From a virus (taxonomy: Duplodnaviria > Caudoviricetes), in IMG/VR virus record IMGVR_UViG_3300044267_002854, positions 1 through 51,764 of that record: 51,764 nucleotides of DNA. The stretch is one strand, 5' to 3'. The notes under the pieces are model-generated. The model saw only the letters and a list, made by a program, of their open reading frames with translations, did no database searches and was not told the DNA's origin. Below, in pieces: positions 46,538 through 51,764 of this stretch. The position numbers were made by a program, and so were the translations under genes. Numbering within the stretch: the first letter of the stretch is position 1; each line of letters opens with the position of its first letter.

Positions 46538-46567
46538 GATGCGGGGGTTTCTCACTCAACCCGCATC
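46538..46567 (+). terminator. stem-loop after the MCP gene
   Basis: GATGCGGG-N14-CCCGCATC. Confidence 0.55.
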
Positions 46568-46576
46568 AAACTTTAT

Positions 46577-46641
46577 CTAGGGGTAAACTTGTCCTACAGA
46601 CTGACCTAGCAGACAAGCCAAGACGGTAGGACTTATTTTTT
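46577..46641 (+). ncRNA. candidate structured cis-regulatory RNA (possible pseudoknot)
   Basis: GTCCTAC/GTAGGAC stem with inner CTG/CAG hairpin; loop CCTAG is complementary to upstream CTAGG. Confidence 0.35.
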
Positions 46642-46654
46642 CGGAGAAAAAATT

Positions 46655-47161
46655 ATGGCGCAATCAACCTTTTCAGGTCCAGTAAAGTCACTGGCTGGAT
46701 TTATTTCAGCAGGTAATGCTAATGTAGTTAGCCTTACTGCTGACACATCAATTACAGTGGCTTCTCATTCAGGCAAAGTATTAACATGTAATGACGCAGA
46801 TGGTAAATTTACTTTACCCTCTATCGTTGCAACTGCTCCTGGTGAAGACACAGACCCTAACCAAACTAATAACTTAGGTGCTACTTTTATATTTATCGTA
46901 GAAACTGCTGCAACAGACATGGACATCTTAACTGATGGAACGGATAAGTTTGTTGGCGGTCTTTATACAGGTGTAACTGACGCTACTGGTAAAACTTTTA
47001 TTTCTGGTGCAAGTAACGACGTTATTACCATGAACGGAACAACTAAAGGCGGACTAGCTGGCAGTATCGTAAAAGTAACTGCGATGGCTTCTGCTAAGTA
47101 TGCTGTTGAAGGAATCATACTTGGTTCAGGAACACTAGTTACTCCATTCGCTGACGCATAA
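46655..47161 (+). CDS. virion structural protein
   Basis: MAQSTFSGPVKS start; position after the MCP. Confidence 0.7.
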   Translation: MAQSTFSGPVKSLAGFISAGNANVVSLTADTSITVASHSGKVLTCNDADGKFTLPSIVATAPGEDTDPNQTNNLGATFIFIVETAATDMDILTDGTDKFVGGLYTGVTDATGKTFISGASNDVITMNGTTKGGLAGSIVKVTAMASAKYAVEGIILGSGTLVTPFADA

Positions 47162-47172
47162 GGAGGTGAACC

Positions 47173-47598
47173 ATGGCTGATACAGTTACAGGTCCAACTA
47201 ACCAATTAGATGGCGAGAAAAAACTGATAGTCTATTGTTCAGTCTACTCTGATGGAAGTGGCAGCAGCACAACCTTAGTAGATGTTTCAGCATTGAATGC
47301 TTCAACATTGAACGGTGAGTCTTGTGCACACGTGTCTTTAAATAAAATTTGGTATACATGTAGTGGAGCACCTGATGCTCCTGCTTCTCTTGATTGGGAC
47401 GCAACCACTGACGTTACCTTTTTAACACTAGCTTACGATAATTCTTTTGACTTTAGTGAGATAGGTGGTTTAAAGAACACTGCAGCATCGGGGTATTCAG
47501 GGGATGTTCTTTTAGTTATCCCTTCTACCGCTGACGCAGGAAACGAGTACACTGTTTGGTGCGAATTTTTAAAATACTACGAAGCTCCAGGATCTTAG
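47173..47598 (+). CDS. virion structural protein
   Basis: AGGAGGTG RBS; DFSEIGGLKNTA. Confidence 0.65.
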   Translation: MADTVTGPTNQLDGEKKLIVYCSVYSDGSGSSTTLVDVSALNASTLNGESCAHVSLNKIWYTCSGAPDAPASLDWDATTDVTFLTLAYDNSFDFSEIGGLKNTAASGYSGDVLLVIPSTADAGNEYTVWCEFLKYYEAPGS

Positions 47599-47601
47599 AT
47601 T

Positions 47602-48270
47602 ATGGCAACTTCTGGTACTAAAACATTTGCCCTAGACACAGGCGAAGTAATAGAAGAAGCGTATGAACTTGCTGGGCTAGAGGCTCGGACAGGATATGAT
47701 GCAGCAACAGCTAGACGATCTCTAAACATTATGTTTGCAGATTGGTCAAACAGAGGCATTAATATATGGACGATTGCTGAAGTTAGTTTAACACTAACAG
47801 AAGGCACAGCAAGTTATACGTTGAATTCTTACGACATTGACATTCTTGAAGCAGTTATACGAAGAACAGTAAACAGCACTCAAACGGACTATCAGATGTC
47901 AAGGATTGGTCGAATGGAATATTTAAATATTCCTAATAAAACAACGGAAGCAAGACCTACAGAGTTTTTTGTTGACAGACAAGCTACTCCTGTTCTTAAA
48001 CTTTGGCCAACCCCTGAAAACTCTACTGATGTTTTTGTAAGCTATAGGATTCAACGTATTGATGATGTTTCGGCTTCTGCCCAAGATCAAGAAGTACCTA
48101 GTCGGTTTATACCTGCTATGGTTTCTGGATTAGCGTATTATTTAGCACTCAAAAAGAACCCTGAACGAGTTGCTATGCTTTTACCCATATACGAACAAGA
48201 TTTAAGAAGAGCACAAGACGAGGACAGAGGCAGGGCTAGTCTTCATCTAGTGCCGAAGGCTACTTACTAA
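47602..48270 (+). CDS. head-tail adaptor/tail tubular protein
   Basis: IEEAYE..ARRSLNIMFADWSNRG..LWPTP. Confidence 0.7.
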   Translation: MATSGTKTFALDTGEVIEEAYELAGLEARTGYDAATARRSLNIMFADWSNRGINIWTIAEVSLTLTEGTASYTLNSYDIDILEAVIRRTVNSTQTDYQMSRIGRMEYLNIPNKTTEARPTEFFVDRQATPVLKLWPTPENSTDVFVSYRIQRIDDVSASAQDQEVPSRFIPAMVSGLAYYLALKKNPERVAMLLPIYEQDLRRAQDEDRGRASLHLVPKATY

Positions 48271-48605
48271 TGGCTTACGCCAAAGGAACGCACTCTTTAG
48301 CAATTTGCGACCGATGTGGTTGGTCGTATCCTTACCTTTCTATGAAAGTAGAATGGAATAATTTAAAGGTTTGCCCTGAATGTTATGAACCAAGACAGCC
48401 ACAAGACACACCAGCAAGGATTTCTTCTGACCCAGAAACTTTATATCAACCTAGACCAGAAGTTCCTTTACCTCAGGCGCAGTTAGGTGTAGTTACCGCA
48501 GGTGCTGCTTCTCCTATGACAGACACTACTGCAGATACAATAGGAACATATTTTACAGGACTTGAGGCTACCTCAGGTCTCGGAACATTAACGGTGACAA
48601 CATGA
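48270..48605 (+). CDS. small Zn-binding tail-module protein
   Basis: CDRCG...VCPECYEP. Confidence 0.7.
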   Translation: MAYAKGTHSLAICDRCGWSYPYLSMKVEWNNLKVCPECYEPRQPQDTPARISSDPETLYQPRPEVPLPQAQLGVVTAGAASPMTDTTADTIGTYFTGLEATSGLGTLTVTT

Positions 48606-49252
48606 GTTTTACATATTCAGGTTTAAAAACAGCTATCCAAAACTATATGGATAACGACGAAACAACTTTTACAAATACTTTAGACACCTTTATTAAACTG
48701 TCTGAAGAAAAAATATTAAAAATAGTACAGTTAGACGAATTTAGAAAAAACGTCACAGGCACAGCAAGTTCAGGAAATACTTACTTATCTAAGCCGAGCG
48801 ATTATTTAGACCCTTTGAGTCTGGCAGTTATAGACTCAGATAGCAATTATAACTATTTAAATTTAAAACAAGTTACTTGGATTAGGGACTATACTCCAGC
48901 TACAGCAACGACAGGGTTGCCTAAATACTATGCTTCGTTTGACGAAGATACGTTTATCCTGGCACCAGCACCTAATGGAAACCTAACCTTTGAACTCCAT
49001 TATGTGTATAGACCTGCTTCGCTTACAGCAGCAGGAGATAGCGGAACAACTTGGCTCTCTACAAATGCTCCCGATGCAATGCTGTATGGTTCTTTAGTAG
49101 AAGCCTCTATTTTTATGAAACAAGACCCGAACGATTTACAATATTTTGAAACACGTTTTCAAGATGCGATATTGAAACTTAAAAACTTTAACGAAGGGTT
49201 AGGAACTAGAGATCAATATCGTTATGACAAACTGAGACCGCAACCACAATGA
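48602..49252 (+). CDS. tail tubular/adaptor protein
   Basis: TYSGLKTAIQNY..PKYYA..TTWLSTNAPDAMLYGSLVEA. Confidence 0.7.
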   Translation: MSFTYSGLKTAIQNYMDNDETTFTNTLDTFIKLSEEKILKIVQLDEFRKNVTGTASSGNTYLSKPSDYLDPLSLAVIDSDSNYNYLNLKQVTWIRDYTPATATTGLPKYYASFDEDTFILAPAPNGNLTFELHYVYRPASLTAAGDSGTTWLSTNAPDAMLYGSLVEASIFMKQDPNDLQYFETRFQDAILKLKNFNEGLGTRDQYRYDKLRPQPQ

Positions 49253-49971
49253 TTAAAGAGCTAAAAGGTAAAAACATAGCTATCGTCTCGATGGGTAGGA
49301 GTCAATTAGATTACCATATGTCTATTAGCCACAGTAAAGAATACGATGAAGTTTGGGCTATTAATTCTATGTGTGCTGTGATTAAGTGTGATCGAGTTTT
49401 TATGATGGATCCTGCTTCAAGGTTTTTTGACACATTTGATGCTGGTCCACAAACTCAAGTAATGAGAAGAACGCTACCAAGATTAGACGTTCCAATCTAC
49501 TCTTGTGAAAAAGACAATAGGGTTCCAGCGATAGAGCTTTATCCGCTAGAAAAAATTATCAATGAAATGGGTTGTAGTTATTTTAATAACACCATCTCTT
49601 ATGCTATAGCTTTTGCTGCATACAACGAGGTCGGTACGATTAATATGTACGGAGCAGACTTTAGTTATGGCAACAATGTACATTTTGGCGAGATGGGGAG
49701 AGGTTGTTGTGAATTTTGGTTATCAAAGTGTATGAGTCGAGGCATAGATATATCGATAGCAGCAACCTCTTCTATGTTAGACACAAATGTTCCTGTAGAG
49801 GAAAAATTATATGGATATCATAGGTTAGAAAATCCTCCTGTTGTTTATACGGAAAATGGAGAACTAAAAATTACTAATTCTTCAGAAGTAGAAGAGGAAA
49901 AAGTTATAAAAGGATTTTCAGGAAGAACAGAACAAATCACTTTAGGTCCACCAGAACCAGAGGTATATTAA
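49249..49971 (+). CDS. Rossmann-like enzyme, possible glycosyltransferase (DUF115/GT29-GT42-like)
   Basis: IAIVSMGRS..VWAIN..NTISYAIAFA..INMYGADF. Confidence 0.45.
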   Translation: MIKELKGKNIAIVSMGRSQLDYHMSISHSKEYDEVWAINSMCAVIKCDRVFMMDPASRFFDTFDAGPQTQVMRRTLPRLDVPIYSCEKDNRVPAIELYPLEKIINEMGCSYFNNTISYAIAFAAYNEVGTINMYGADFSYGNNVHFGEMGRGCCEFWLSKCMSRGIDISIAATSSMLDTNVPVEEKLYGYHRLENPPVVYTENGELKITNSSEVEEEKVIKGFSGRTEQITLGPPEPEVY

Positions 49972-50262
49972 ATGAAAACAGATTCGTTTACACTTTCTAT
50001 AGGAAACTTAGGTGTAAAGACAACACATGGTAGAGGTCATACAGTAGAAGAAGTTGCTGAGATGGCTACTGATAAATTGGTTTCGGTGAGCGACACAGCA
50101 CCAGAACCGATCAAAGCGCAAGCCCATGCCTTCAGAAACTCGTGTCAAAACATTATTGCTTTTTACATGCGTGAAGCGATTAAAAATCACATGTGTACAA
50201 TAGGCAATCAATTAGAAGCGCAAGGTAATAAAGACCTTGCTGAAATTATTAGGAGGCTATAA
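49972..50262 (+). CDS. conserved hypothetical protein
   Basis: TTHGRGHTVEEVAE..PIKAQAHAF. Confidence 0.7.
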   Translation: MKTDSFTLSIGNLGVKTTHGRGHTVEEVAEMATDKLVSVSDTAPEPIKAQAHAFRNSCQNIIAFYMREAIKNHMCTIGNQLEAQGNKDLAEIIRRL

Positions 50263-50693
50263 TGGCTATAACACAAGCGATGTGTACTTCTTTTAAAAAA
50301 GAACTTATGGAAGGAACGCATAACTTCAAAGCGAGTGGAGGAAACTCTTTTAAACTTGCTTTGTACACTAGCTCTGCGACTATGAGTGCTGCTACTACAG
50401 CTTATAGCACAGGGCAAGAAGCATCTGGAACAAACTACACTGCAGGTGGTGCAGCTTTAACAAACGTCAATCCTACAACATCAGGAACAACTGCGTATAC
50501 TGATTTTGCTGATTTGACTTTTGGAACAGCTACTATCACTGCGAGAGGCTGTATGATTTATAACGATACAGCTACTGGCGACCCAGCAGTTGCAGTTTTT
50601 GATTTCGGTGGAGACAAAACTAGCACAGCAGGTAGTTTTACAATATCTTTCCCAACTGCAGACGCAAGTAACGCTGTTATTAGAATAGCGTAA
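50262..50693 (+). CDS. tail structural protein
   Basis: MAITQAMCTSFKKEL..FKLALYTS..DFGGDKTST. Confidence 0.7.
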   Translation: MAITQAMCTSFKKELMEGTHNFKASGGNSFKLALYTSSATMSAATTAYSTGQEASGTNYTAGGAALTNVNPTTSGTTAYTDFADLTFGTATITARGCMIYNDTATGDPAVAVFDFGGDKTSTAGSFTISFPTADASNAVIRIA

Positions 50694-50699
50694 CCAATC

Positions 50700-51530
50700 A
50701 TGTCTGGTTGGGGTCGATCCACATGGGGTACTGGTCCGTGGGGTGAACCTGCAATCGTTAATGTTACAGTTAATGTAACAGGTGTTGCGGGAACTACTGC
50801 CTTAGGAACAGAGACCGTTAGTTGTGATGCCAATGTCGCAGAGACAGGTGTTGCAGCTACAGGTGGCGTCGGCAGTCTAACTGTAACAGGTGTTGCAAAT
50901 GTTACAGAGACAGGCGTAGCTGGAACAAGTGCACTAGGATCATTAAGTGTATCCGCTGATGCGAATGTAAGCGAAACAGGAGTAGCTGGTACAGGAGCAG
51001 TAAATAGTTTAACTGTCACAGGTGTAGCTAATCTTTCTGTAACAGGAGTTGCTGGTACTAGTGCTTTAGGCACGGAATCAGTTAGCGGTGATGCGAATGT
51101 CAGCGAAACAGGAGTAGCTGGTACTGGTGCTGTCGGCACAGTTGTTGCAAATGGTGTAGCGATTGTAGGTGTTAGCGGTGCTGCTTCAACAATATCGCAA
51201 GGCGATGAAACAGTTACTTGTGACGCAAATGTTTATCCTACAGGATTGGCTGCAACAAGTGCATTAGGCACAATCAGCACTGTTAGCAATAATGTTATTT
51301 CTGTTACGCAAAGTGCTAGTACAGGACAAATTGGCGACCTTACTCCTCAAGCAAGTGCAGGGATTTCGCTTACAGGAGTTAGCGCAACAGGGCAAATTAG
51401 TCAATTAACTGTTTGGGGAATAGTTGATGATTCTCAAGATCCAAGTTGGTCTGCGGTAAGTGATTCGCAGACTCCAGGTTGGTCGAGTATAGATGATTCG
51501 CAAAGCCCAGACTGGAAAGAAGTAGCGTAA
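50700..51530 (+). CDS. repeat-rich tail fibre-like protein
   Basis: 19-aa repeats ANVxETGVAGTxAxG; WG N-terminus; DSQxPxW C-terminal repeats. Confidence 0.7.
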   Translation: MSGWGRSTWGTGPWGEPAIVNVTVNVTGVAGTTALGTETVSCDANVAETGVAATGGVGSLTVTGVANVTETGVAGTSALGSLSVSADANVSETGVAGTGAVNSLTVTGVANLSVTGVAGTSALGTESVSGDANVSETGVAGTGAVGTVVANGVAIVGVSGAASTISQGDETVTCDANVYPTGLAATSALGTISTVSNNVISVTQSASTGQIGDLTPQASAGISLTGVSATGQISQLTVWGIVDDSQDPSWSAVSDSQTPGWSSIDDSQSPDWKEVA

Positions 51531-51575
51531 TGAGTAATCTTCGTATAATATATGAAACAATAAGAGGAATCGAAT

Positions 51576-51764
51576 ATGGCAACATATGTAAATGATTTAA
51601 GACTTAAAGAGATCGCCACAGGCGATGAGTCGGGTACTTGGGGAACCAGTACCAATACAAATTTAGAATTAATTGGAGAAGCGTTTGGTAGTGGTTCTGA
51701 AGCACTATCTGATGCTTCAACCGCAACGATTACGATGGCAGATGGTACATCTGATGCAGCTAGA
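51576..51764 (+). CDS. tail fibre protein N-terminus (partial)
   Basis: MATYVNDLRLKEIATGDESGTWGTSTNTNLELIGEA; open to the end of the window. Confidence 0.75.
   Translation, partial: MATYVNDLRLKEIATGDESGTWGTSTNTNLELIGEAFGSGSEALSDASTATITMADGTSDAAR

Noticed and set aside
50558-51139. 193-aa minus-strand ORF
   Set aside because: Antisense shadow of the repetitive tail protein.
1-51764. Integrase, RNA polymerase, tRNA, intron/intein or diversity-generating retroelement
   Set aside because: No recognisable motifs. PolA, terL and the helicases are of normal length and uninterrupted. tRNAs were looked for by eye only.

Overview
This window is about 52 kb of a lytic-looking tailed dsDNA phage genome (Caudoviricetes; its gene content resembles uncultured marine podovirus-like phages of proteobacteria). 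No integrase, RNA polymerase, tRNA or CRISPR was seen. The gene order is as follows. (1) 1-11.3 kb: low-complexity virion/ejection-type proteins, with a LysM domain, a (PT)n tract and a G/Y/M/Q-rich protein. (2) A divergent SNF2 helicase and an origin-like intergenic region. (3) 13.3-18 kb: replication genes (SSB-like, primase, UvrD). (4) 18-23.2 kb: a thymidine-hypermodification cluster (5-hmdU DNA kinase-like, cupin, FkbM methyltransferase, TAGT-like glycosyltransferase, dUMP hydroxymethylase-like thymidylate synthase, HD nucleotidase, DUF1599-like). (5) PolA. (6) 26-37.6 kb: an early region of small genes, many behind a TTTACT-N16/17-TAnnnT promoter. (7) Holin-like gene, terminase, portal, GroES, scaffold, capsid and tail genes. 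The most striking observation is a 630-bp block (37097-37726) just upstream of the packaging module. It contains no GA, TC, CA or TG dinucleotide except the ATG start codon. It encodes a recoded paralog of the gene at 35807. Nearby period-3 tracts are saturated in exactly those dinucleotides, and the phage -35 box (TTTACT) is the GA/TC/CA/TG-free version of TTGACA. Together these suggest, by inference, a sequence code tied to context-specific thymine modification or to defence evasion.
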